NCBI GenBank assembly: GCA_043228905.1
Contig: JBHGNT010000002.1
Location: 15,252,001-15,316,000, forward strand
Reading direction: 5' to 3'
DNA length: 64,000 bases
Source: Azolla caroliniana
Lineage: Eukaryota > Plantae > Polypodiophyta
The notes under the pieces are model-generated. The model saw only the letters and a program-made list of their open reading frames with translations, did no database searches and had not been told where the DNA came from. Of this stretch, positions 12,040 through 25,155 are shown one piece after another; the first letter of the stretch is position 1; each line of letters begins with the position of its first letter. Made by a program: the position numbers and the translations under genes.

Positions 12040-13566
12040 ACCAACACCAGATCCATCTTCTCCTTGACGCTCGGTCGGTTCAGCAAAGACGCTACCGGAT
12101 GAACCCCAATTATGCGGCTAAGGTCAAGGAAGAAATAGACAACCTCCTCCGAGTCAGGTTCATACGACCGGTAAAATGCGCCAAATGGTTAAGCCCAATC
12201 GTAGTCGTCCCCAAGGAAAACGGGAAAATCCGAGTATGCGTCGACTACCGCAAGGTTAATGTTGCAACGGTCACGGAGGCAATGGAAGTTCACCGCGCTA
12301 GCATCGGCATGGACGATACTAAAATCAAGATCCTAATCAACAAGTATCGCCAGCTATTCACCACAAAGATCAAAGACACCCTTGACTGTGTTTGGCAGGG
12401 ATGGTCAGCCCAAGCTGCGAACCTACACATACTACACGCGAATTCCGACAACCAACGAAAGGAGGGCCGAGGGTTTTACAAGATGGATATCACCAGCATC
12501 CAAACCCTTCGAGAAGACTTAACTGAGGAATATCATACCTTAGCACCATCCCACACCGCGGCCATCGAGCAACTCTTAGAGGAATTCAACGACGATCTAA
12601 TGGTGTTTCGCTTAGAAGCCAAAGTGTACGAGAAGGAACGACTCGCTACCGGGATTAACAGAGCTCCCACAACCAATGAGAAAGGACCCAAGCCACCCAC
12701 CGCGGCAGGTAGACCAGAGGAACCTGCCCCTACACACCTCCACATCCCAACCGAGCCACTCACCACGGCACCTAGACCAGAGGAACCTGCCCCTACAGAC
12801 TACAACCACGACCCTACCTAAATCGGTCCCAATAGAGGAGGGCCCACACGACGACACTGCCATCCCCGACTCGGCAACGAAACCTCCATCATCAACCCCA
12901 CCTTCCATGCAGCCAAACCAACCCTATGCCCCCGAGGATATCCTCGGCATATTGGAAGAGGAATAAAACAAACCTATAAGCCCTCGTAGGAACGAGAAAT
13001 TTTTGTAATTTGTGTTGTTATACCAAATCCTTGTGAATCGTGGGTTGGACGGACAAAATACTATCCCACGGGCGTGCCAGGTGTTGTCCATGGGACAACA
13101 AGATAAATTAGTTAAATATAATACGCCGGTAGGTAAGGTTAGTATGTGAGGAAGCTAGAGTTTAGGAAAACACCGAGTTTCGAGCCTCACAGTTAGCTGA
13201 CAGCTCGGCTCTGTATAAAGAAAAAGTATATAAACCGAGGTCTGCGTACCTCGACAAGGGGGGAATACCTAGATCATTCTGAGCGAAAGTAATATCATAG
13301 GAGCAAGCTTTGTACGTATTGTTTCCGGCTGAGGCCGCGTACTGTAATCACTGTAAGCTTTATCATGGAATATAAGTTTTGTCTTTTCTAAACTTCTATC
13401 TGTGTATTCTCCCCATACTCGTAAATCAGGCTATGTTCATACTTAACGGGTCATAGACCGTGTACGATCCTTGTTCTCCTCTCTTTTTCTCCGTGTAGAA
13501 GAAGCTTCCACGTAACACGATCCCTTGACCCCGATAGTCTGTGGGCTCATCGAAGGTGTTTCCCCA
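12040..13566 (+). mobile_element. Gy2 3' part: RT stub, extra ORF, LTR 13082-13566 (copy at 43113-44913)
   Basis: QRRYRMNPNYAAKVKEEID...WLSPIVVVPK.NGKIRVCVDYRK fused to the extra ORF; LTR lacks its last ~13 bp. Confidence 0.85.
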
Positions 13567-14760
13567 CCGGCTTCTCCGGTTCTTGCTTCGTCGAAAACCG
13601 CTTCCTTTTTACAAGGTCCACGATGGAATCGTGGAATTCCCTCATTGCTATCCCTAGCACCTCCCTCAAGGTGAGCTACACCCAGCTGTCGAGGATTCGT
13701 TCCTCCAAGACCTTCTGCAGGTCCATCGCTCTCTCTATCTCCAACCTAAACTAAAAGCCCGACAACTTCGTCTTCTCCTGTGAGCCGGCTGGGCCTTCGT
13801 CATTCTTCTTCAGCCCACTCTGGGTCTCGTACCGGTTCGAGGACCGGTGTTTCCGGCCCACTTATGTTCTATCAGAACCTCGTAGTTTTGGGACGCGGCT
13901 TCCACGAAGCCGGTTTTCTCTTCTACCAGATTGTCACATCCGGTGCCCTCTTGGACCCTCTTCTCCGCACGGTCCACTTCTTCCTTCCTTAACCACATGT
14001 CAGATAGGCCCTCTAGCACAAGCAATGAGAGTCTGGTACTACTTCCGGATCCCATGCCCTTCTCTTCTCCTACCTAGATCCCTGCCGACACGGAGTAGTG
14101 AATGGCCTCGATGTTCCGAGCCGCGACTTCCTCCATTAGCCTCTTCATGCCACATCTTCTGGTGTTCACCACCAGAGGCCTTCGCGTGTCGCATATGTGC
14201 ACTTGTCCATTCCAAAGGTACACAACATTGTTCTTGAGTGCTTCAGCAAAATTGGTGCACTCTCTCCGCATGTGGCCGAAGGCATTGCACCACATGCACC
14301 TCTGGTCATTCGGTGGGCGCCGATCATGTGATTGGCCGTCACCTTCCCTCTGGGCTGGGCAATCTGGAGGTCTCGTACCATCCTGGATAGCTCTAGCTCC
14401 TCCAGAGTTGCGCGCCCGAATAAACCTTCTGGCACGTCGGTTGGAACCATGCCCGTCTCAAGCCACCTGCTAGTATCTTCCAACGGAGTCGGAATCTCCT
14501 CCATCCTCTTCCCGGTGGTCGGTCCGTCTGCTGACATCCCCGCATCGTTCCACTCCCGCCACTTGTGATAATGACTACATACTCTCTTGACAACAATCCA
14601 GTCGGTCGTGAGCTCTTTATCCGTGAGGAGACCCACCTTCTCCCGATCACGCGTTGTCACGAAGGTACGACAAAGACACGTGAACTTGAGGTAGGACCTC
14701 GGGGCCTCCGACCAGAGGAAATCAAATTCGTGCGTTTATACTTTAAGAATTAACGGAAAT
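13567..14760 (-). mobile_element. Gypsy gag fragment, probably Gy1 (copy at 44914-46107)
   Basis: Zinc knuckle CMWCNAFGHMRREC; same strand as Gy1 pol and lies beyond the Gy2 insertion. Confidence 0.65.
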
Positions 14761-15189
14761 GAGAAGATTTAGTAATTTTTTACTTCGTTCGTTTGGGCCT
14801 CATCATGCATTATTGTGCTTTGTTTGACCTCTTCATCATATGTATTAGCTTTGACCTTCGCTTCCTCACCGCCACCTTCCATCTCTGGTCTTATGTTGGT
14901 TCTTGGGCATAATTGCAGAACTCTCCGGAACCTGCGTGGAGGGATTCTCATCCTTATCTGCTTTTGCTTTTGTCATCTTGTTCATAGCCATCTCTTTGGC
15001 TATCTCTCTTTCGCACGCATCCGCGTCGGCCCTTGCTTCCTCACCACCAGTGTTCTTCTCTTGGGTCTTACATTGGTTAATACCCAAATCTCTCAAACAA
15101 GTGTGGAGGGTGTCATGATAACACTCACATCATGCATCGAAAAGAACACGACACTCACATTATGACTCGAAAGCATTTGATTGAATCTA

Positions 15190-15885
15190 ATATCAGTTGG
15201 ACGGCTCGATGACGAAGGTTATAGCGGTCACTTCCGAAATTGCACGTGGAAATTCTGTAGAGGGAACTTGATCGTGGTTCGGGTCAAGAACTAAAATACA
15301 TTATACATGATGCATGCACGACTGAGCCGAAACGAGGTAAATGCGGCAACCGACACAACCGGAGAGTTGTGGCATAAGAGGCTATCTCACATGAGTTAGA
15401 AGGGTATGTAGATGTTGGTCGGAAAACAACTCTTGCCGGAAGTGAAGAATGTGCATTTGGACAAATGTGTCGACTGCCTGGCCGACAAACGAAATCGAGC
15501 CGCCTTTCGATCTAGGCCTCTGATGTAGAGGAAAAATGCCTTGGAACTTGTACACACCGATGTGTGCTATGTAGATGCAAGGTCTCATTCTAGTGGACAG
15601 TAGTTCGTAAACTTCATAAATGATTATAGGCATAAGTTGTGGGCTTACGTGCAAAAGACGAAGGATCAAGTACTGAGTGTCTTCAAGGTGTTCCAGGTGA
15701 GAGCCGACAGAGAAACTGGATGGAACTTGAAGGTGGTCCGAACGGACAATGGTAGTGAATACAGAGGGCAGTTCGAAGAGAACTGTCGGTAAAAGGGAAT
15801 CCGGCTTGAATATACCGTACCGAAGACGCCAATGTTGAACGGGCTAGCCGAAACAATGAACCAGACCATCATGGAAAGAGTTGCC
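15190..15885 (+). mobile_element. Degenerate copia integrase fragment upstream of every gene copy (also 1-187, 39562-40260, 46535-47232)
   Basis: LWHKRLSHMS, LELVHTDVC, VRTDNG.EY, NGLAE.MN.TIMER. Confidence 0.85.
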
Positions 15886-16310
15886 TCTTTAATATTCTCA
15901 AAAGTTGTTTACGATAAAATATTTGTACTTAAATTCTTTATTCCTTTTACATTAAATGATGTTTGGGGAAATCGTGATGCTTGTAATGGTGATTTAAGAT
16001 GCACTTTAATATTGAATTGAAAATTAAAAGTTATATTGGAACTAACTAGGCATATTATTGAATGGTCAACTTGGAATACATGAAATTCATGACGATATTG
16101 CCATGCATGCCTTCGGAGCTTTACTTCCATGATCGTGTCACGATGAAATTAAAATATCATTTCGTGCTCACAAAAGTAAGCATGGCATACAATTAAACTA
16201 AGCTTCTACATGCTCTATTTAAAGCTAGCCAAATCCTTGCAAAGGTCATTTCATATCTCTCTTGAAAACCTCATCATCAGTACTTAGAATTCATCTCAAT
16301 ACTTATAGCA

Positions 16311-16862
16311 ATGGCGTCTAGATATAACGTTTCCTACATGAAGATGATGGTACTCATGGTGCTTCTAATGGCGGCATGTGTTGCAGCAAAAAAGAAGGTG
16401 GTATTGAAGTACTACACACAACAACAACTTGGGGTGAATGAGTTTGGGATGGTCTCAGCAGCTGTTCCTCCGGCCAAAGGCACATTCACTGGTGTTGGCC
16501 TTCAAGTGGTTTATAACTACACATTGACCAAGACAGGAAACCCAACATCCCAAGTTTTGGGCGTCATTCGCGGCACCTCTGTGGTGACCTCCAACACTGT
16601 CAATGCCACCATTTTTGTTGTCAACACTGTTGTGCATTACGTTAATCCCAAGAAAGGGGGTCTCAAGGGCACTTTCACCACACAAGGTGAGGCCGACTTT
16701 GGTAGTGGACAACCCTTCGAATTAGCCGTGACAGGTGGCACTGGTGACTTTCGTGGCGTCTATGGCTACACTATCGCCAGCAACTTCAATTTTACGCCAC
16801 CTACTGGCAACTCAACTGCCAAGGTCACAAAATTCTATCAAACTCGCCTTTGGTGGCTCTAA
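16311..16862 (+). CDS. Secreted dirigent-like protein, copy B
   Basis: Same ORF as copy A apart from residue 170; intact. Confidence 0.85.
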   Translation: MASRYNVSYMKMMVLMVLLMAACVAAKKKVVLKYYTQQQLGVNEFGMVSAAVPPAKGTFTGVGLQVVYNYTLTKTGNPTSQVLGVIRGTSVVTSNTVNATIFVVNTVVHYVNPKKGGLKGTFTTQGEADFGSGQPFELAVTGGTGDFRGVYGYTIASNFNFTPPTGNSTAKVTKFYQTRLWWL

Positions 16863-17042
16863 ATTATAGATGCTTGAATTATCTTCCTCATTTCTAGGAT
16901 TGATAAAAAAAATACATGGCTTTAGGCAACTCAACTGCCAAGGTCACAAAATTCTATCAAACTCGCCTTTGGTGGCTCTAAATTATAGATGCTTGAATTC
17001 TCTTCCTCATTTATGGGATTGATAAAAAAATACATGGCTTTA
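16806..17042 (+). repeat. ~119-bp tandem duplication of the gene 3' end and 3' UTR (also 1109-1296, truncated, and 48153-48389)
   Basis: GGCAACTCAACTGCCAAGG...ATACATGGCTTTA occurs twice; absent in copy C. Confidence 0.95.
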
Positions 17043-19959
17043 GGAAACTCTTTCTTTCATACCAATTAATATGAATTGGTGAATGCATTGTCTTCCTATA
17101 TGTAGGAAGATTTATTTATTTATTTATTAATAATGAAACTTAATATCGTGGATCCTACAAAACCATACAAAGATCAATCTTTAGTTTCATTTCAATGATG
17201 ATAAATTATGTTACACAGTGTTTCACTATACATGCAAGATGATTGTGTTCCATATCCGAGGATTCTCATTTCTTTTGTTTAAGCATGTGAATGTGCAACA
17301 ATAAACAATGGCGTATTGAACATTGGAATAGACCTCTTCCCTTTAAATACATTTGTTTTTTAAATCGAGAATGAATCCACTAATATATGTCCCACTAGAT
17401 GGCTAACAAGATGGGGTATGGTGAGACCTATCAAACCACATGTTTCCACTCTACCCTAAACGAAAAAATCGGGTTTCAAATTACAATGTGAAGAAATCCA
17501 AATGTCTCCTAATGCAAATCACTAGTTTACCAACCTCGAAAACCTTCTCCAAGTCCACATCAATCCTCAGATGTTTGGTATTGGTTGTATTTTCACCGTT
17601 GTAGATATTATTTAGATAGCGAGAAAAACCTTCACCATGTGCTTTTGAGGCATCTCAATCACTTTATGAGTCCGGATATACTAGCTCTTGGTATAGCATG
17701 ATGGTGAGTTTGCTTCTTGCAAATTTTAATCTCTCATGAGGACCGTAATAAATTAATACGCCAAGAAATATGGCAAATTTACACTCGGTATAAACGGATA
17801 ACCCCATTTGTGGCACTCCCATCTAAAATGTTGTACTATAAGGAACACTTCATCCACTTCTCTAAGTTAGGTTTTATTACACAACTAAAATATCTAGATA
17901 CATTCTTGCCAAATGCACTAAGGGTTGCCATTGGACAACTTCGAATATCATCTCACCAACTTGATATTGAGAATGGTCATACTAATGGGATCCCTAGAGA
18001 GGAACGGATATGTAGATTATGTCACATAGAAATAGAGGTGAGTACCACTTTACATGCAAGTGTCCAACTTACGCCGAGATAAGGGAAAAATACCAAGATA
18101 TGCTCGGACCTTCTCCCACCCTCTCCAAACTATTAGATACTGTAGATATAAAGAAGTTAGGTAGATATATCTTAGAGCTAAAACAACATAGAGAGAATAA
18201 ACTACAAAATATTAACAATAACTTTTCTAATATTCACCAACATGTAGCCAATGAAGTTTTTCATGGACCGGGGAAGACGATGAATGTGGACACACATGCA
18301 CCACTCGGCCTCTTCCTTGATGAAGTAGAAAACCAAAGAAGAACCAAACTCACATATTGATATCAAACTCCTAGCTTTGTTTACTTGATCTTTCTTGTCA
18401 AAAATTATCTCTGGTATTCATATCGGACCACTCCTTGCATGGTTGTTGGCTCCTTTCTTTGAAAAACTAATCTCTCATTTCAATACCCAACCCATTGTAA
18501 CACGATTCTGAAATTATAAAGAATTGATTTTCTTTTGCAATAAACGAATGATTTGTCTCTCCCTCTTGTCTCATGCTTAAAACTTGCTTGTGTTGTTCAT
18601 GTTGCTCTAAATCCTTCTAGTCCAGAACCCCGGCGGTTCCGTCTCACGATCCGCACATAGTGACGGATTTTCACGACATAATTAAGTGGTTTCCATATCC
18701 ATATATTAAGCTAATCGTAAATAATTATTTTACTAGTTTTCATATCGTGTGTGAAAAACCACACGACACCGAGTTGTCAAGGTTGTATTGAACCTTGTAC
18801 ACCCAGTTACATCTTATTGGCTTCACACCTTTCGGTGCGTCAACCAAGTCCCAGGTTTCATTTTCCGTCAATTCGCGCATCTCTTCCTCCATTGCAGCTT
18901 GCTAGTTCGCGTCTTTCGCCGCTTCTACGTAGCTCTCCAGCTCACGCACTTCCGCCACTCGCATCATGTACGCGTAATGGTGCACCATGTACTCATTATA
19001 CCCGTATCTCTTTACGGGGTTCTTGAGGCGGGTAGATCGGCGTAATTCGTGATTACCCGATTTCACGACCTTTTCGGCTACCGTCGACCTCTTTCGTGGA
19101 AGTTCCTTTTCAGTTTGCCCGTAGTCAGACTCACTCCGATCTGACTCGACGCTACCGAAGTCATATTCCGGCATTTTCTTCTTGCCTTTTTCCTTGCGCG
19201 TAAGCCGTCTCCTCGGCTTCCTGCGCGGGGAATGCACGACCGAGTCTCCACTACTCGTCGTCTCATCATCTGGTTGGCCATCTCGGCCCAACCCCTCATT
19301 CGGCCCGCTTAGCCGAAGTGAGATCGGACTCTCTCTTAGAGCTCCGACGTCCTCATCATGCAGAGAAATTTCAGCCTTGCTGATTTCTTCTTCAGAAATC
19401 GGAATGGAGTCATGAGGTTTTGGAGGAGAAGACAGTTACCACGAAGCAGACTCGTCGAACACAACGTCACGACTTATGCGTACTTCCTTTGTTCGAGGGT
19501 TATAACACTTATACCCTTTCTCAGCTTTAGCATCCAGTTTCCTCCTTTTCTCCTTCGGCACGTGCACATACGTGATGCTGCCGAATCCCCAAGTGAGCCA
19601 AATTCGGCTTCTCCCTGAAATACAGCTCATGTGGCGACACTCCTCCATTAGCAGAAGTCTGATTTTGCAGGTAGACAGCCGTCTTTAGGGCTTCGGCCCA
19701 ATAGAATTTCGGCATATGCTTCTCTTCAAGCATTGCCCTGACCGCTTCTTCAATCGTCCGATTCTTCCGCTCGGCTACGCCGTTTTGCTCCGGCGTATAT
19801 CTACACTAGAATTCGCGTCAAATCCCCTCCTTCTGTACATAACTTGTCAACTGGTCGGAGAGGTACTCCTTCCTGCCATCGGACCATAGGCATTTGATCT
19901 TACGCCCCGTTTCCCTTTCCGCAAGGCTCTTCACCTTCAGGAAACATGTGAAGACTCGA

Positions 19960-20598
19960 TCTTACACCTTGCATGGTGTCTTAAATATATTTGGTCCAAA
20001 AGCCTAATAGTATTTTGTGAATAAAAGAAAAAGATGTAAGCAAAACTCGAACTTAACACCTCTAAGATATGAAGCAATAAGCTTAACATTAAGCCAAACC
20101 ATTTCTTTAAAGATTATATTTTTATCATTATAACTTTACATGTAAATTCTCATACATGAGAGCTAAAATGAGTGACGTGGTTATCATGCACCACATGTAA
20201 TACATGAGCGCCAAATGGCAAACATGCATTTTATGCATGTCTTGTACCCTCAAATGCATGAGGGCATCTATAAAAGAGGAGGGGAAAAAGATGAAAAAGG
20301 GGTAATGTAAAATTTTTGGGAATGTAAAATTCTTATCAAGAGCTTTGTACTTTACATCAAAATTAATATTAAGAAGAAAATTTGTAATGATATACCTTGT
20401 TCTTCAAATCTAAAGTCAAGAGTTCAATCTTAATCTCTCTCTCAATCTAAAATCAAACGTTCTATTTTATCTCAATCTCTCTGTCAAACTATCTTTAATC
20501 CTTTCTCGCTAAAGTTAGTGCGTACTTCGAATCCTTTCTGTCTAGAACCCCGACGGTTCCGCCTCGTGATCCGCACGTAGTGACAGATCTTCACGACA
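19960..20598 (+). mobile_element. LTR 3' part ending CTTCACGACA (copy ~52220-52859)
   Basis: TATA-like CTATAAAA; terminal ~60 bp resemble 50875-50936. Confidence 0.55.
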
Positions 20599-23500
20599 AC
20601 ATAACGTTCATCAACGACTTTCTCCAGACATAACTAGATCTACTGTATGTGGCAGAAGAGCGAAGTGTTCGGACACTTCCAAAAGATCAAAAATGAAGTC
20701 GAAAAGGCAAAAAGTGGGCATGTCCAATGCCTTCGATTGGCTGGCGACAAGGAATATTTCTCCAACGCGTTTACAACATATCTACAAGAAGAAGGAATTT
20801 GATGGGAGTTTACTTGCAGACACACACCTCAGTAGAATCGAGTAGCTGAACGCAAGAACCAGCACATACTTGAGGTGGCAAGGGAAATGATGAACTAGAA
20901 ACATTTGCCAAGGTCATAGTGGGATAAAGCGGTGAATGCGGTCGCCGTCTATTTGATGAATCACTGCACAACATCAGGAGTGCACAATGTTACCCCCTAC
21001 GAAAAGTTCTATGGGAAGAAACCAGATCTATCCCACGTCATGATATTTGGTTCAATGGCATATGTACATATTCCCGATGAGAAGCAGCAGAAGCTCGATC
21101 CCAAGTCGAAGAAATGCATACTTGTAGGGTACTCACTTGAGCAAAAAGGTTATAACTGCTTCAACCCTTCCACCAAGAAGGTACGAGTGAGTAGGGATAT
21201 AATATTTGATGAGTCAGCATCCTGGTATACAATCGAATCAGCTCCATTTGACACAGTCGAGACTAAGTTCGACACACAGAAGCAGAGGAGGATGATCGAC
21301 TGAGGCCCACATAAGATGAAAGTCCAATCTCAACCAGGTTGAGTGGATCACAAGAGCCTCCAAGCGGCCAAAGCACATCACGCCGTAGTCCGAAATAAGA
21401 CAAAGGAAAGGCCAAAATACCTAAGTAAGAAGACTCAGATGGAAACGAATCGGGCCACTCACCCGATAGTGAGCATGGTGGACTAGATGTGCCCATCATG
21501 AGGACACGAGGAAAACCACAGTGTCGTGAAGATAACGCTTCATGATGTCGGAACAATGTTAAAAGTCTATAGAAAGGAATTTCCCATCTGGAGCTTGTCA
21601 CGAGGAGCATGTACGATTTTTCGCTTCATGAATCGGAGTTTAGAAGTCCAAGATATAGCCTTCCCAATGATTAATGCTACTCGAGACACAAACGTAATTA
21701 TGTCAAAAGGGAGATTTGAAATTAAATAAGAGCGATTTTGTAATTTCTCAAATGTACAATTACAAAATCGAATTTGCAAAATTTATTAATAAATAAATAA
21801 AATAATAAATAAATCTAAAATAAAAAATCAAAATAAAATAAATAATAAATATATAACCGCCCCTACATGAGGAGGTTTGTCAACTGCCTCAAGAGGGTGG
21901 TTGGGCGATTGACCCCCCTATAAAAGCCACCACCATGGGGAACGGGAGAAAGAGAAGGGGAAGGAAGAAGAAAGAGAGAGTGAAGAAGCTCGCGTGGGTG
22001 TGGGATGCAGAGTTCGCCCAAGAAGATAGTGACTTGCATAAACCAAGACAAAAGTTAAAGAAAAGAAAGAAAAAGTAAGAAAAGGAAGAAGTTGAAGTGG
22101 TGTATCTCAAATGCCTCTTCACAAACAAAAGGCAGTGACTTTTAATCCTCTCAAAGCAACTTCTGATGCCGATTGAGCCGGCTATAGAGCCGATCGACAT
22201 CCGGATTTTTTTTCTCTCTCGACGGCGGTGCGATATCATGGAGTAGTAAGAAACAAGCAACAGTCGCACTGTCGAGCACCGAAGCCGAGTACAGGGGTGG
22301 GGTTGTAGCCGCAAGTGAACCTTTTTGGCTCAAGTCAATATTGAAGGACCTAGGCGTTCCCATCAAGGATCTGATTCTCCTCTATTGCGACAATATGAGT
22401 AGCATTCACCTAGCTCGGAACGCCATCCTCGACACTCGAACCAAACACATTTAAGTACACTATCACTTCATCCGAGAGGATGTTTTGGCAAGAGATGTCG
22501 ACTTGCCACACATCAACACGAATCTGCTCGTGGCCAACAACTTTACCAAGGCCGTAGGTCTTTCGACCGTTGACCAACCGAGCTTGAGGGGGAGCAGGAA
22601 TATTAAACAAGAATCACAAAGATCGAACCGAGCCAACTTTGATTCGACACCAGAGGTAAGTACACCTCCCGAGCTTTCAAACAGTACCTATCCGACAAAG
22701 GGATCAGACATCGAAAGACCGCTCCATACACACCCATGCAGAATGGAGAGTGGCACAATGGATGAACTGAAAAATCCAAGAGAGGGTGACGGAAATGCTC
22801 TAATAAGCCGAACTAAAGCTAGAGTTCTGGGCCGAAGCATTGCAGACGGCGGTATATCTGATCAACCTGTCGCTGTTAGAAGCAATCAAGCTCGAACTGC
22901 CACAGGCACTATGGTCGGGAGTAAAGGAGAAAAGGAGTAAGTTGGCACCCCATGCAACGAAATGCATATTTCTTGGTTATGGAACCAATGGGGAATTCGG
23001 CTACAGACTGTGGGACCTAGAGAACCGAACATTGATCTGTAGTACTGACGTAGTCTTCAATGAAAACTCTATCCTCTCTAAGCAGAGCCAACAGAAAATA
23101 GTTGGTAAAAAGGTATCCTTTGAAATCAATAGAGATGGCGTAGAAGGACCGTACCACTAGGCCGAATCGGAGATTCGACAACTAGTTGAACTTGAAGACA
23201 AAGCCATCAAAGGCAAAACCGAAGCGACAAGAATAAAAAAAGGCAAAGTCGACAAGGTACAAGTCAGAATCGATAGAGTTCGACCCGACTAAAAACACCC
23301 AAGGCTAAGTCCCCTACCTCGAATTCAATCAATCCCGAGCAAGGGGAGGATGAAATGACATCGCTGAACTCCTATTCCAAGGGCAAGTCATACAATAGGA
23401 CTCTTGACATAAGTGGTTCAACAAATATTGATCGACCGACAGAGCCGATCGAAGGATCCGAACCGATCACTTCGGCACCCAGGATATTTGGAGAAGTTCG

Positions 23501-23800
23501 AAGGCTTACAGAGTTCTATCAACTAGACCTCAACTACGTCAACTACACCCATGCAAGCGAACCAAGCACATACGAAGAAGCTATAGCCGCATCGGACGCT
23601 GATACATGGCTACAAGCTATGCAATCTGAGTTGGACTCGATACGACACAATCAAACATGGGAGTTGGTCGAACTACCAGCAGGAAGGAAGCCACTACCTT
23701 GCAAATTGGTCTTCCAGGGACAAATATGTATCCGACTCTGAGAAACCCAAATACAAAGCTCCGCTTGTTGCGAAAGGATTCAAACAAAAACACAGGGTCA
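20599..23800 (+). mobile_element. Mosaic of copia integrase, RNase H/PPT and RT fragments with an LTR stub at 21522 (copy 52860-56060)
   Basis: KLDPKSKKCILVGYS, ALSSTEAEY, PPT GAGGGGGAG at ~22586, TWELVELP. Confidence 0.75.
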
Positions 23801-25155
23801 AAAAGTGGCAAGGCCACGGGGTTCTTGGACTAAGGAGCCGGTGAGAGTAGGAAAGTTCTTCGGATCGGTAAGAAGATGAGCACACGGACTCCCTCGCTCA
23901 TACACACAACACGACAGGAATACACCGAAGACAAGACACGAGAAATCCAAAACACATGGAGAGACTCAACGAATTAACGATGAAAAGAAGAAACGGGAAG
24001 AGATTCCAACTGGCCGTGGCCGGCAAAAGAGCTTCGAGCTGACTATAAACACACACAGACACTAACTATAAACACCCAGTCACCTTGCTCGATCTTCTTT
24101 GGCCAAAACCTGTGTGTCCGGTCGAACCGGCCCTTGTTCTTCTTCCGCGCCGCCTCCAGATTTGCCTTTGCTCGTTCCACATCCTCCGGCCTTTGCTCGA
24201 GTTGCCGAATCGTTGCCTAGTCGACCGCCGTCCAGATGAGGAATCTCGTGCCGGCCTTGTCGTCATGATTTATCACCCATCCGATTCTGGCCGGGCTCGT
24301 GTCCACCGTCATGAAAACCAGAGTGCCCTTCTTGTACGCCACTTTCTGGAGAGCCGGTGCCGCCGTTAGCTTTTCCTTCAGTCTTCGAATCGCCTCCATG
24401 TGCTCGTTGTTCCATTTGAATTTCCGACCTTTCTTTAGCAAGCCATAGAGCGGCTCGACAATATGTGCGTAGTGCAGAATCCAAATGTGGTAGAAGGTGC
24501 ACGTCCCTAGGAACCGTTGGACTTCTGTGACCAACCGATACTCTTCCTTCATCGCCGAGAAGGCCTCTACCTTCGGCGGAGACAGTCTCCAGCCATATGG
24601 CCCGCATAGGTCATTGACTACTAGGATCTCTGATTGTCTGAAAGCCCACTTCTGCCCGGAGAAGGTAAGTCGAGCGCCCTCAAGGCTCTCCAATATCTTC
24701 TCGCAGTCGGAGATGTGGTCGACGAAAAATCCCAGGCATCCGTCCGCCACGATCGACTCATCTTTCGCATCCTCCGAGCATCCCTTGATTGGGATGTCAT
24801 CCATAAATGGCAGGGTGATGTTCGGGATGCATTCCCTCAACACCTTGTTCATCGCACGGATGAACAAGGCGGAACCACGGGGGCCTTGGACTGAGAAATA
24901 ACCGAATGAGAAGAGGGGAAGGAAACTACCGATGTACTTCACACGCGCACAGGCACACAGATTCACAGGAGTTGCAACTAACTCTGAACAATAGAGATAG
25001 AACGATAGTATATGTATATATAAATCAAGGGGTTACAACCGGCATGCCGGCGAGTGGTAGGCTCCGACGCCTACACACACACACACAGAACGCGAGATGG
25101 AGACTTTGCTGGAAGCACTCGGGCGTTCCGCAAAGCAGAGTCAACCTCCCGAAAA

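Larger units (their letters stand above)
614..16310 (+). repeat. Higher-order repeat unit 1 (internally deleted)
   Basis: Collinear with 16311-47657 and 47658-64000 at roughly 98-99% identity by eye; large deletions at ~1300, ~7390 and ~11498. Confidence 0.9.
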
